Assembly (NCBI GenBank): GCA_013140805.1
Contig: JABFRW010000052.1
Coordinates: 371-64,370, forward strand
Source: Candidatus Eiseniibacteriota bacterium
GTDB taxonomy: Bacteria; Eisenbacteria; RBG-16-71-46
Reading direction: 5' to 3'
Length of the DNA stretch: 64,000 bases
Below are positions 18,235 to 28,039 of the stretch, in pieces. The translations under genes and the position numbers were made by a program. Every line of letters begins with the position of its first letter. Positions within the stretch are counted from its first letter, which is position 1. Below the pieces are notes generated by a model. That model had not been told where the DNA came from and searched no databases. It saw only the letters and a program-made list of their open reading frames with translations.

Positions 18235-19140
18235 ATGTCCTCCGCCTCCCCGAGCGCGAACCCATTCGAACGCGTCCGCACCTACGCGTCGTTCGTGCGC
18301 TTCGAGCACACGCTGTTTTCTCTGCCGCTGGTGCTCGCCGGCATCTTCAGCGTCGCGGGCCCGGCGCTTGCCGCCGCCCGCTGGGGCTGGATCGCGCTCG
18401 CGGCCGTCGGTGCCCGCACCGCCGCGATGGCGATCAATCGCATCGTGGATCGGCGGCTCGATGCCCTGAACCCGCGCACCCGATCGCGCGAACTGCCCGC
18501 CGGAACCATGAAAGCACTCGAAGCCTGGGGGCTGCTGGCGGCGAGTGGTGTGGCGTATCTGATCGCATGTCGTGCGCTGGGGCCCTGGTACCTGCGCGTT
18601 TCGTGGGTGCCGCTCGCGGTGTTCACGATCTACCCGTATCTCAAGCGGTTCACGCCGCTCTGCCACTTCGGGGTCGGTGCCGCACTGGCACTCGCGCCTC
18701 TGGCAGGCTTCGCAGCCGCGCATCCCGATCTCGAGATGTCGCGCACCGCGCTGTGGCTGGCCGGTTTCGCGCTGGCGTGGGTGTCGGGCTTCGACATCAT
18801 CTACGCGACGCTCGACGAGGACTTCGACCGCCTGCACCGGGTGCGCTCGATGGTGACGTGGCTCGGCCGCGACCCCGCCCTGCGGGTCTCGGTGGCCCTG
18901 CACGGCATCGCGTTCCTGTGTCTGCTGGGCGTCGCAGGATCGGTGCTCGCGAGTGTCGGCGACCCGCCCGCGTGGGCGTTCTTCGCGGTCGTGGTACTCC
19001 TCACGCTCAGCGGCGTGCTGCTGTGGCTTGAGCAGCGCTGGGCGGAGGACGTGGACCTGGCGTTCTTCAAGGTCAACGTATGGGTCGGCGCCGCGGTGCT
19101 CGCGACCGTGCTGGTTGCGCGCGCGGCCGGAGGATTTTGA
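18235..19140 (+). CDS. UbiA-family aromatic prenyltransferase (likely MqnP of the futalosine menaquinone pathway)
   Basis: Asp-rich motif 'NRIVDRRLD'; multiple TM segments; directly followed by ubiX/ubiD homologs. Confidence 0.9.
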   Translation: MSSASPSANPFERVRTYASFVRFEHTLFSLPLVLAGIFSVAGPALAAARWGWIALAAVGARTAAMAINRIVDRRLDALNPRTRSRELPAGTMKALEAWGLLAASGVAYLIACRALGPWYLRVSWVPLAVFTIYPYLKRFTPLCHFGVGAALALAPLAGFAAAHPDLEMSRTALWLAGFALAWVSGFDIIYATLDEDFDRLHRVRSMVTWLGRDPALRVSVALHGIAFLCLLGVAGSVLASVGDPPAWAFFAVVVLLTLSGVLLWLEQRWAEDVDLAFFKVNVWVGAAVLATVLVARAAGGF

Positions 19141-19694
19141 TGAAGCGCTACCTGATCGGCATGACCGGCGCCTCGGGCAGTGTCTATGGCGTGGACTTTC
19201 TCAAGCGCTGCCCGGGCGAGAAGTTCCTCGTCATGAGCGACTGGGCGCGACAGGTGTTGCAGTCCGAGACCGGGCTCAAGGCGTCGGACCTCGAAGCGCA
19301 CGCGAAGAAGTTGTTCCTCGACAGCGACCTGGCGGCACCGTTCAGCTCCGGCAGCAATCGCTATGACGCTTACGTGATCGTGCCGTGCAGCGTCTCGACG
19401 CTCGCGAAGATCGCCGCGGGCATCGCGGACACGCTCATCACGCGCGCCGCAGCCGTAGCGCTCAAGGAACGCATGCGCATGGTGCTGTGCGTGCGCGAGA
19501 CTCCGCTGTCCTCGATCGCGCTCGAGGCGTGTCTCAAGCTGTCGCGAGAGGGCGTAGTGATCATGCCGGTTTCGCCGCCCTGGTACGCGAACCCGCGTGA
19601 TCTCGATCAGCTGGTCGGCGGCTTCAGCCACAAGCTGCTCGCGCTGCTCGGCGAAGGCGCAGGCCCCGGCTGGCGCGAAGAGGCGCTCGAGTAA
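19140..19694 (+). CDS. ubiX: Flavin prenyltransferase UbiX family (likely MqnL)
   Basis: 'MKRYLIGMTGASGSVYG' flavoprotein N-terminus; 184 aa. Confidence 0.9.
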   Translation: MKRYLIGMTGASGSVYGVDFLKRCPGEKFLVMSDWARQVLQSETGLKASDLEAHAKKLFLDSDLAAPFSSGSNRYDAYVIVPCSVSTLAKIAAGIADTLITRAAAVALKERMRMVLCVRETPLSSIALEACLKLSREGVVIMPVSPPWYANPRDLDQLVGGFSHKLLALLGEGAGPGWREEALE

Positions 19695-19695
19695 C

Positions 19696-21585
19696 GTGGC
19701 TCCCTTCCGCTCCCTCACCGACTTCCTCGACCATCTCGATCACCACGGCGACCTCAAGCGCGTGACGCGCGAGGTGGACTTCGCGCATGAAGTCACCGAG
19801 ATCGCGTGCCGCGAGGCCAGGGCACAGGGCCCCGCGCTGCTGTTCGAGAAGGTGCGCGGCGCGCGCTTCCCGCTCGCGGTCAACGTGCTCGCGGCCACGC
19901 GACGCATCGAGTGGGCGCTCGGCCGCACCGCGAAGAGCGTCGGCGCCGAAATCGAAGAGATTTTCCACGCGCTGCCGCCACGGCGGATCTCGGATCTGTG
20001 GAAGCTGCGCGGCAGTGTGCCGCGACTCCTCGCCTCGCGCCCGCGGACGATCGGCGTCGCCCCGGTGCACGATGCGCGCGGCGTGACCTTCGACGATTTG
20101 CCGCTGCTCAAGCTGTGGCCTCGCGACGGCGGGCGTTTCGTCACGTTTCCGCTCGTGTTCACGGAGGATCCCGACACTCACAAGCGCAATCTCGGGATCT
20201 ATCGCATGCACGTGTACGACGCGAAGACCAGCGGCATGCACTGGCAGATCGGCAAGGGCGGCGGCTTCCACTTTCACACCGCCGAGTCGCGCGGTCTCCC
20301 GCTCGGCGTGGCGGTCGCGGTGGGCGCCGACCCGGCGACTCTGCTCGCGGCGGTCTCGCCGCTGCCCGAGGGCATCGACGAACTCGCGTTCGCGGGATTC
20401 CTGCGCGGATCGCCCACGCGACTCACGCGCGCCCGCACCATGGACATGCTGGTGCCGGCGGATGCCGAGTTCGTGATCGAAGGCGTGGTGCCGGCCGGTG
20501 AGCGCCGCACCGAGGGCCCGTTCGGCGATCACTTCGGGCACTACTCGCAGTCGGCGCCGTTCCCGGTCTTTCACGTTCGCGAGATCACGCACCGCGCGCG
20601 TCCGGTGTTCCAGGCCAGCGTGGTCGGCAAGCCACCGCAAGAAGATCTGTGGATGGGCGAGGCGATCCAGGACATGTTCCTCGGCGTGCTCAAGGTGATC
20701 CACCCCGAAGTGGTGGATCTGTGGGCCTACTTCGAAGCCGGCTTCCACAACCTGCTGGTGGTGGCGGTGAGCAATCGCTTCGCGCGCGAAGCACGCAAGA
20801 CCGCCCTGGGCTTGATGGGCACCGGCCAGCTCTCGCTCACCAAGTGCATCGTGCTGGTCGATGGCGACGTGAATCCTCGCGATCGACGCGCGGTGTTCGA
20901 AGCGCTGGCGCGCAACTTCGACGCGACCGAAGACTTCATGCTGATCCCCGGTGTGCCGCTCGACACGCTCGACTTCACGAGCTACCGCATGAACCTCGGC
21001 AGCAAGATGGTGCTCGACGCCCAGTCGTCACCCGGCGGTGCGGCGGCCCGCGCCGGAGGATCGAGCGGGCGCGTCGCCGCCGTCGCGCCGCTCGACCCGC
21101 CGCTCGAGGTGCCGGATCCGCGCGCATTCGCGGACGGCATCACGGCGTGGCGCCTCAAGTGGAGCGGCATTCTCGCGGTACAGGTGGCGGGCGCCATCGG
21201 TGGTGACGCCGCGACCTGGGAGATCGAAGCTGCCGAGCGCGCGGGCGATTCGTCGGAGCCCGCCGGGAACGACACCGTGCCGGCGACCCCCGGGCGCGCA
21301 GTCGTGGAAGCGCTGGTGCGGCGCCCCGAATACGCGGCGGTGCGATTCATCGTGGCGGTGAGCGGCGATGTCGACCTCGACGACGACGCGATCTTCCTGT
21401 GGGGCTGGTTCACGCGCTTCGACTGTGCCCGCGACGTGGTGCCCGCTCATGCCGAGACGCGAGGTGCGTGGCTCACGTGTCGCGGGCCGCTCGGAATCGA
21501 CGCCACCTGGAAGCGCGGCTACCCGGAACCGGTCGCGAATCTGCCCGAAGTGATCCGTGCGGTCGACGGCTGGTGGGGGAAGTGA
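19696..21585 (+). CDS. ubiD: UbiD-family (prFMN-dependent) decarboxylase (likely MqnM) with ~130-aa C-terminal extension
   Basis: GTG start right after the ubiX stop; UbiD core; Ala/Gly-rich C-terminal extra region. Confidence 0.9.
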   Translation: MAPFRSLTDFLDHLDHHGDLKRVTREVDFAHEVTEIACREARAQGPALLFEKVRGARFPLAVNVLAATRRIEWALGRTAKSVGAEIEEIFHALPPRRISDLWKLRGSVPRLLASRPRTIGVAPVHDARGVTFDDLPLLKLWPRDGGRFVTFPLVFTEDPDTHKRNLGIYRMHVYDAKTSGMHWQIGKGGGFHFHTAESRGLPLGVAVAVGADPATLLAAVSPLPEGIDELAFAGFLRGSPTRLTRARTMDMLVPADAEFVIEGVVPAGERRTEGPFGDHFGHYSQSAPFPVFHVREITHRARPVFQASVVGKPPQEDLWMGEAIQDMFLGVLKVIHPEVVDLWAYFEAGFHNLLVVAVSNRFAREARKTALGLMGTGQLSLTKCIVLVDGDVNPRDRRAVFEALARNFDATEDFMLIPGVPLDTLDFTSYRMNLGSKMVLDAQSSPGGAAARAGGSSGRVAAVAPLDPPLEVPDPRAFADGITAWRLKWSGILAVQVAGAIGGDAATWEIEAAERAGDSSEPAGNDTVPATPGRAVVEALVRRPEYAAVRFIVAVSGDVDLDDDAIFLWGWFTRFDCARDVVPAHAETRGAWLTCRGPLGIDATWKRGYPEPVANLPEVIRAVDGWWGK

Positions 21586-21592
21586 CTCGTTC

Positions 21593-22501
21593 GTGAGCCG
21601 GCGCCCCGCTCGCTCGCTCGTCTACGCCGGCATGGTGTGTTCCGCGCTGATCGCGGGCAGTTCGTACCCGATCTTCAAGCGCACCGTCGCCGAGATTCCT
21701 GCGATGCCGTTCACGCTGATGCGCTTCGCGCTGGCGGCGGCGTTCATGGCGGTCGCGCTACGCGTTTCGGGCGACCGACAAACGATCGCACCGGCCGATC
21801 GTAAGCGGCTGTGGCTCGCCGGCATTCTGGTGGTGCCGATCAACGCCGGACTCTTCATCTTCGGAATCCAGTGGACCAAGGCGGCGCACGGCGCGCTTCT
21901 CTACGCGCTCACTCCCGCGGCGGTGCTGGTGATCACCAGCATTCAGTCGCGGCGGCTTCCCTCTCCGCTCGCGTGGGTCGGCGCCGGGCTCGCGTTTGCG
22001 GGGGTCCTGGTGCTGCTGCTCGAGCGCGGGTTGTCGTTCGAGTGGCACGCGCTGCGCGGTGACCTGCTCATCCTGATCGCGGTGTTCGCGTGGGCCTGGT
22101 ACACGGCACTCGGCCGCGGACTGACCGCGAGCTATGGCGCGGTCGGCACCGCAGCGCGCGCGGTGCTCTACGGCACGATCGCGTTCGCGCCGTTCGGATT
22201 GCTGTTCTGGGGCGGCTTCGATCCGCGCACCGTGTCGATGGTGGCATGGGCGGGGCTCGTCTACCTGGCGTGGTTCGTCGCCGGCATCAACTTCATCCTG
22301 TGGTACTGGGGCGTGAAGCAGCTCTCGCCCGCGGGGGTCGCGGTGTTCGCGAATCTGCAGCCGCTGGTCGCCGCAGGTATGGCGTGGTGGCTGCTGCACG
22401 AGGCGCTCGCACCCTCGTTCTGGTTGAGCGTCGCGCTGGTGCTCACCGGCGTCGCGGTGACGCAGCGGGCGGCCCAGGCGGCGGTGCGCGCCTCGAGCTA
22501 G
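21593..22501 (+). CDS. EamA/DMT-family transporter
   Basis: 10-TM EamA repeats; GTG start chosen just after the ubiD stop (ORF track starts at 21557). Confidence 0.8.
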   Translation: MSRRPARSLVYAGMVCSALIAGSSYPIFKRTVAEIPAMPFTLMRFALAAAFMAVALRVSGDRQTIAPADRKRLWLAGILVVPINAGLFIFGIQWTKAAHGALLYALTPAAVLVITSIQSRRLPSPLAWVGAGLAFAGVLVLLLERGLSFEWHALRGDLLILIAVFAWAWYTALGRGLTASYGAVGTAARAVLYGTIAFAPFGLLFWGGFDPRTVSMVAWAGLVYLAWFVAGINFILWYWGVKQLSPAGVAVFANLQPLVAAGMAWWLLHEALAPSFWLSVALVLTGVAVTQRAAQAAVRASS

Positions 22502-25500
22502 CGAACCACCGCGAAGCGGCGCGCGGCACGGCGGCCATCGCACTCGAGCACCGCGACGTAGACGCCGGCGCCGACGCGGCTCGCATCCCAGTTCACGCGC
22601 TGCAGTCCCGCCGAACGCGGCTCGTCGATCACTCTGGCTACCAGTCGTCCGCTCACGTCGAACACGTTCAGGCGGATGCGCGACGCCTTCGACAGTGCGA
22701 AACCGAAGGCGGCACGCGAGCCGAGCGGATTGGGAGCCACGGCGAGTTCGAGCTCGTCCCGCGCCGGCAGTTCGATTCCCGGTTCGACCGCGGTCGCGGC
22801 GGACAAGCGCACGCGTGCGCGAACGGCCGAGACCGTGACGCCGCAGCGCGCGCTGCCGGGCGGCTTGGTCAGATTGTCGTTCGAGTGCAGATAACCGATC
22901 GCGGTGACGTCTTCGAAGACGTGCGGAACGAATGCGGCTGCGGGCAGATCGAACTTGAAGTTCTTGGGTGGCGAGGGCGAGTAGAGGGCCCAGCGACGCG
23001 CGTCCGGATTCGTCATCACGAAGTCGGCGGTCGCGCTGGCGGCCGGACCCGCGAAGTCTTCGGAGACCCAGAACTGCGTGCCGTCCCGCACCACGAATCG
23101 CAGCTGGCCGGAATTGAGACTGGGAGTGGCGAAGCTGCCCGAGTAGTCGAGCAGTTCGAGCGTGCTCGAAGGACCGAAGGCCACGCGCGGAGCGTGGGCG
23201 CCGACTCGGAAGTCTTCCTTCTTCCAGTAGCGCAGGTCCCAGCCGATGGTGCCGGTCGGGCCACCCGAGTGCAGCGCGTCGAGCGCGCCGCGATCCCACA
23301 CTTCGGCCTCGTGATAGGCGAAGAAGCCGAAGTAGCTCTCCATCAGGAGTCCGCCGTAGAAGCGGCCGTTCACACCGAGCGTGTCCGCGGCGGCCGTCAT
23401 CAGCGGCAGGACGTCGCTGAATGGAATCGACCAGCGTGCGCCGGTGGCGCCGCCTTCGAGCTGCACCTGCAGTTCGGCGGGCGTGTTGAATTCGCGCAAC
23501 AGAGCGTCGCCCGTGTGGGTGTAGTCGCCGCTCCAGTCGAGCGCGAGGATGGTGTCCTCGGGCGATGAAACGTAGCGCGCGACATAGGCGGTCGGAGTCG
23601 CGGGTGTGGCGACATCGTGGGTGTCGGCCGTTGCGTCGGACCAGCCTGCGAACAGCCACACCTTGCCGTTGGCGGTCTGCACGCCGGGTGCTCCGAACGA
23701 GCGCAATACGCCGATGGTGCTCGTGAACGCGAGCGGCGTCGGAATGAGTCCGCCATCCAGTACCAGCGGGATGCCGGGTGGATCGGTCTGCAACGTGAGC
23801 ACCGTGGTGTCGGGCAACACATCGCGATACACCGTGGTGGTGAGTCCCTGGGAATCGACGACCCGCAGGTTCACCCGCAGCCAGATGTTGTTCTCGATGT
23901 GATTGCGCGCCGCGATGCCGTAGCTGCCGCTCGCGAGCCCCGAGGTCTCGGGCAGCCCCGGGTGCAGGTGCTGGTCGTGATGCAGATCGATCCACCACGT
24001 ATACGCCGCGGGCGGCAGCGTGCCGTCCTCCGGATCGCTCGCGGTTCCCGAGAACTCGAGCGTGGTGCCGCCTCGAAAGCGCGCGCCCTCGGGCGGCGTG
24101 ACGATCGAGGCCAGCGGTGACTGCGATCCGATCACCGACAGGATCGCGGCGTCGCTGGTGTCGGCGCCGGTCGCGTTGCTCACGATACAGCGAAACGTGG
24201 CGCCGCTGTCGGCCTTGACCGCGTCGCGGAGCACGTAACGCGGTGTGTTCGCGGCGCCGATCGGCGCGTTGCCTCGCAGCCACTGATACGCCAGCGGAGG
24301 CGTGCCGTTGGCGGTGACCGTGAACTCGGCCGAATCGCCGGTCGCGATGCTGACGCTCTGCGGATGGAGCCCGATCGAAGGCGCGAAGCTCGCGGTGTAG
24401 GCGATCTTCACCAGCACGCCGGTGTTGCTGCCGTCACCGCGCGCGATGTAGTAGAGGTTGCCGTCGACTCCGAGCGCCACGCCGACCGGATTGATCGCGA
24501 GCGTGATCCCCAGCACCTGAGAAGTCGCCGGCGAGGCCGGATTGATCCAGCGGATCTCCTCGGCGCACAGGTCGCTGAAGAAGTAGCGGCCGCGCCACTG
24601 CGGCGGCCACCGCGTGGTGTCGGGATCGAAGAATGCGCCGCCCACGATCGCGCAGCCGTTCGAGTGGTTGTAGGCGTGCAGCGGCGGCACGTAGGTCGGA
24701 GCGCCGCCCGGGCCCTCGACGCTCGGCCAGCCATAATTCGAGCCCGGCGCGAGATCGTTGATCTCTTCGAACGCATCCTGACCCACGTCGTTGACGAACA
24801 TGCGGCCGGTACCTGGCTGCACCGCGAACGTGAACGGATTGCGAAAGCCGCGCGCCCAGATCGCGCGATTCTTGCCGGTGGTCTGGGCATAGAACGGATT
24901 GTCGGTCGGAATCGTGCCGTCGCGTCGGATGCGCGAAATCTTGCCGCGCAGGCTGGTGAGGTTCTGCGCCTCGTTGCTCGAGGCGTTCTCGCCCATTGCG
25001 ATGTACAGCATGCTGTCGGCGCCGAAGCGAATCGCGCCGCCGACGTGGAAGTCGGAGAGGTTCTGATCGAGGTCGAACAGGTTGACCGCACTGCCGACCA
25101 GCGCGACGTCACCGTTGGCGGTGAAGCGCGTGATGCGATTGAACGACGACGGCGTGGTGTAGCAGGCGTACACATGACCGTTGGTGGTGAACGCGGGATC
25201 GAATGCGAGCCCGAGCAACCCCTGCTCGCCGGGTGTCATCACCGAAAGCGTGGTGAACGCGGTGGGCAGCAACGCACCGTTCTTGACCACGCGAATCGCG
25301 CCACCTTGTTGACCGATGAAGATGCGACCGTCGGGTGCCATCGCCATGCAGGTGGGCGTCTGGAGGCTCGAGGTCAGCACCGTTTCGCTGAAATCCGCCG
25401 GCACGCTCGCGCGCGAGCGGCCGGGCGTGACGCACCACAGGCCGAGCAGCAACGTGAGGGCACAGCACGGCGTGAAGCGTGGCCAAGTCGAGGTCACGAA

Positions 25501-25554
25501 CGGGGCTCCGGGCGCGGATCTGGATGAAAAAGGGAGGCGACCCGCGCACTCCAT
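22498..25554 (-). CDS. Giant secreted multidomain protein, paralog 1: signal peptide, PQQ-dependent sugar dehydrogenase (GSDH)-like beta-propeller, Ig-like domains, His-cluster domain, T9SS C-terminal sorting domain
   Basis: 'LLGLAFDP' GSDH-type motif; 'WWIDLHHDQHLHPG'; C-terminus 'PNPLGSRAAFGFAL...GVYVAVLE...RRFAVVR' typical of a Por_Secre_tail. Confidence 0.85.
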   Translation of the reverse strand: MECAGRLPFSSRSAPGAPFVTSTWPRFTPCCALTLLLGLWCVTPGRSRASVPADFSETVLTSSLQTPTCMAMAPDGRIFIGQQGGAIRVVKNGALLPTAFTTLSVMTPGEQGLLGLAFDPAFTTNGHVYACYTTPSSFNRITRFTANGDVALVGSAVNLFDLDQNLSDFHVGGAIRFGADSMLYIAMGENASSNEAQNLTSLRGKISRIRRDGTIPTDNPFYAQTTGKNRAIWARGFRNPFTFAVQPGTGRMFVNDVGQDAFEEINDLAPGSNYGWPSVEGPGGAPTYVPPLHAYNHSNGCAIVGGAFFDPDTTRWPPQWRGRYFFSDLCAEEIRWINPASPATSQVLGITLAINPVGVALGVDGNLYYIARGDGSNTGVLVKIAYTASFAPSIGLHPQSVSIATGDSAEFTVTANGTPPLAYQWLRGNAPIGAANTPRYVLRDAVKADSGATFRCIVSNATGADTSDAAILSVIGSQSPLASIVTPPEGARFRGGTTLEFSGTASDPEDGTLPPAAYTWWIDLHHDQHLHPGLPETSGLASGSYGIAARNHIENNIWLRVNLRVVDSQGLTTTVYRDVLPDTTVLTLQTDPPGIPLVLDGGLIPTPLAFTSTIGVLRSFGAPGVQTANGKVWLFAGWSDATADTHDVATPATPTAYVARYVSSPEDTILALDWSGDYTHTGDALLREFNTPAELQVQLEGGATGARWSIPFSDVLPLMTAAADTLGVNGRFYGGLLMESYFGFFAYHEAEVWDRGALDALHSGGPTGTIGWDLRYWKKEDFRVGAHAPRVAFGPSSTLELLDYSGSFATPSLNSGQLRFVVRDGTQFWVSEDFAGPAASATADFVMTNPDARRWALYSPSPPKNFKFDLPAAAFVPHVFEDVTAIGYLHSNDNLTKPPGSARCGVTVSAVRARVRLSAATAVEPGIELPARDELELAVAPNPLGSRAAFGFALSKASRIRLNVFDVSGRLVARVIDEPRSAGLQRVNWDASRVGAGVYVAVLECDGRRAARRFAVVR

Positions 25555-25628
25555 GCCGAGTCAGGCTGAGGAGTGTAGAGAGTCGCCTCACATGGACTCA
25601 AGTCAGAACCAAAGATTTCTCGGTGCAA

Positions 25629-27044
25629 CTATTTCAATTCGGCGAGCTGCTTCTTGAAACCGTCGATGGTACGGGTCGAGCGCTGGCTTTCGGGCATCGA
25701 CTCGGCCTCCGAAATCGCCTGCGCGAGTGCGCTGCGCGTGTCCGCCGGGTCACCGCGATCGGTGAGAATGCCGATTCGAGTGCGCCACAACAGGAAGCGC
25801 CGCGGACCGTAGGCGAGCGCCATGGCGCGGTCGGAGGCCGCCAGCGCCGTGTCATATCGTTTCATCGCACGAAGTGCGGTGGCGAGCCGCGCCGGCGGAT
25901 TGTAGTCCTGGGGCAGATCGCGCTCCGAGGCCTCCAGCATCGGCACGGCCTTCTCGGGCGTGCCGAGTTCCAGATACGCCGAGAGTCGGTGCGAGTCGAA
26001 GACCGCACGCGCGTCCGGCGTCTTCGCCTTCGCCGCCGCGCCGTCGAGAAACGCCGACCACTCGATCGCGACCTGATGTGCGGCGGTCGAGTCTCCGCGT
26101 TCCTGCAGCGCGTCGAGCAGCGAGATGTAGACACCGCTGCGATCGTCGCCCGCAAGGTCGAGCTTCGAGTCCGCGAGGATGCTGCGCACCGCGCGTTCGA
26201 AGTGCGCGACGGAGCGCTGCTTCTCGGGGTTCGAGTCCGGCAGCGCAACCGCCGAGGACAGGCCGTAGGCCGCGACATTCGCCGAAGTCGACTGGCCCTC
26301 GAGCCGCGTCCACGCCACGCCGGCCACGTCCACCACCGCCTGATTCTGATTCGTGTTCGAGAGCGCGAACAGCAGCGCGTCGATCGCGCGCGAGTAGCTG
26401 GGCCAGTTCGCGGGCGCCAGCGCGATCGCGCCGCGATACGCCTCCGCGGCCAGCGAGTCCTGCCCCTCGCCGTAGAGCGAGTCGGCGCGGGCGAGCGCGC
26501 GGTCGGCCGGCGAGGCCTCGCCGTGCTGGGTCCAGGACACGATCGCCTGGTCGAGGAAGTGATGGAGCTGCGTCACGGTCATGCTGCCGACCATCCGCAT
26601 CGTGACCTTCTCGGTGTTCGGATCGATCACGTAGTAGCTCGGCAGCGCCGGCAACGGATAGCGCTTGCGAACCTCGGCGTTGACCGAGTTCTCGGCGTCC
26701 ACGCTGAGCCACACGAAGCGCTCGGCGTGGCGTGCGAGCGTGGGATCGGTGAACACGTAGGCCCGCATCGAGCGGCAGGTGTGACACCACGGCGCCCACG
26801 CCTCGACGAACACGGGAGCCTTTCGCTGCTTTGCCAGCGAGAGCGCGCGCGCAAGATCGTCGTCGATGAACGGAACCGCGGCGGCCAGCGCGCCATGCTT
26901 CGGCACCGAGGTCGGCCGCGGCGCCGCCTTCGTGGTCGCGAGCGGCGCTGCGAAGCCGCGAGGCGCAGCGATGGAAATCGCGAGGCCGGCCGCGAGTGTC
27001 AGCGCGATCCAGCTCGGAAGCGGACTCGAAAAACGAGCGGGCAT
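25629..27044 (-). CDS. Secreted thioredoxin-fold protein (WCxxC) with C-terminal TPR repeats
   Basis: Signal peptide; 'EAWAPWCHTCRSM'; co-oriented 74 bp upstream of paralog 1. Confidence 0.8.
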   Translation of the reverse strand: MPARFSSPLPSWIALTLAAGLAISIAAPRGFAAPLATTKAAPRPTSVPKHGALAAAVPFIDDDLARALSLAKQRKAPVFVEAWAPWCHTCRSMRAYVFTDPTLARHAERFVWLSVDAENSVNAEVRKRYPLPALPSYYVIDPNTEKVTMRMVGSMTVTQLHHFLDQAIVSWTQHGEASPADRALARADSLYGEGQDSLAAEAYRGAIALAPANWPSYSRAIDALLFALSNTNQNQAVVDVAGVAWTRLEGQSTSANVAAYGLSSAVALPDSNPEKQRSVAHFERAVRSILADSKLDLAGDDRSGVYISLLDALQERGDSTAAHQVAIEWSAFLDGAAAKAKTPDARAVFDSHRLSAYLELGTPEKAVPMLEASERDLPQDYNPPARLATALRAMKRYDTALAASDRAMALAYGPRRFLLWRTRIGILTDRGDPADTRSALAQAISEAESMPESQRSTRTIDGFKKQLAELK

Positions 27045-27211
27045 GTCGGACGTTCCTCGGACGAAAGCTCGAGCACGCGAACGGTGAGACCACGGGTGCG
27101 GAGGACGGGTCGTTCGGCGACGGCTTTCTGATAGGGTGCGAGCGCGATCCTAGCACGCGAATCGCGTCATTTCGCAGTTCACGACCGGGCTTCCGACCCG
27201 ACGAGCGCCGC

Positions 27212-28039
27212 ATGCCGAACGCCACTCCCCGAGCCACCCAAACGATGCAGGCGTGCTTCGGCGTGCCGCGTGCACTGATCGGCATGGTGCACGTCGGAGC
27301 ATTGCCAGGAACGCCGCGCGCGACCGATTTGCTGCCAGTTATCACTGAGCGCGCGGTCGAAGAGGCGAGGCTCTACCACTCGGCCGGTTTCAACGCGGTG
27401 ATGGTCGAAAACATGCACGACCGGCCCTATCTCGCGCGTGATGTGGGTCCCGAGATCACGGCGGCCATGACCGTGGTGGCGAGTGCCGTGCGCCGCTCGG
27501 TGCCGATTCCGCTTGGAGTGCAGGTGCTGGCGGGAGCCAATCGTGAAGCGCTCGCGGTCGCGCTCGCCAGCGATGCTTCGTTCGTCCGCGTCGAGGGTTT
27601 CGTGTTCGCGCACGTCGCCGATGAAGGGCTGATCGAGGCCGACGCGGGAGCCCTGCTGCGCTACCGCAATGCGATCGGCGCCGGGGGCGTGAGGGTGTTC
27701 GCGGACATCAAGAAGAAGCACTCCTCCCACGCAGTGACGATCGACGTGGACCTGGTCGAGACCGCGCGCGCCGCCGAGTTCGCACTCGCGGACGGCGTGA
27801 TCGTGACCGGCGCAGCGACCGGGCGTGAGACCGATGCGACCGAAGTCGAGTCGGTGGTCCGCGCCGTGGATCTGCCGGTGCTGGTCGGCTCCGGGGTCAC
27901 GGCGGACAACGTGTCGCGCTATCGAGCGGCGCATGCGCTGATCGTGGGTTCGTGGGCGAAGCGAGACGGCCGCTGGGACGCACCGTGCGATCCCGATCGC
28001 ATCGCACGGCTCGCGGCCGCCTTCGCCGAGCTGCGGTGA
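27212..28039 (+). CDS. BtpA/SgcQ-family TIM-barrel protein
   Basis: 'ALIGMVHVGALPGTP' motif typical of PF03437. Confidence 0.8.
   Translation: MPNATPRATQTMQACFGVPRALIGMVHVGALPGTPRATDLLPVITERAVEEARLYHSAGFNAVMVENMHDRPYLARDVGPEITAAMTVVASAVRRSVPIPLGVQVLAGANREALAVALASDASFVRVEGFVFAHVADEGLIEADAGALLRYRNAIGAGGVRVFADIKKKHSSHAVTIDVDLVETARAAEFALADGVIVTGAATGRETDATEVESVVRAVDLPVLVGSGVTADNVSRYRAAHALIVGSWAKRDGRWDAPCDPDRIARLAAAFAELR

Noticed and set aside
18162-19031. 289-aa ORF in an alternative frame of the ubiA region
   Set aside because: The overlapping frame 18235-19140 carries the UbiA Asp-rich motif and TM helices; this frame is Arg/Ala-rich noise.
19624-20748. 374-aa minus-strand ORF
   Set aside because: Antisense to the UbiD-family gene; Arg-rich, no motifs.
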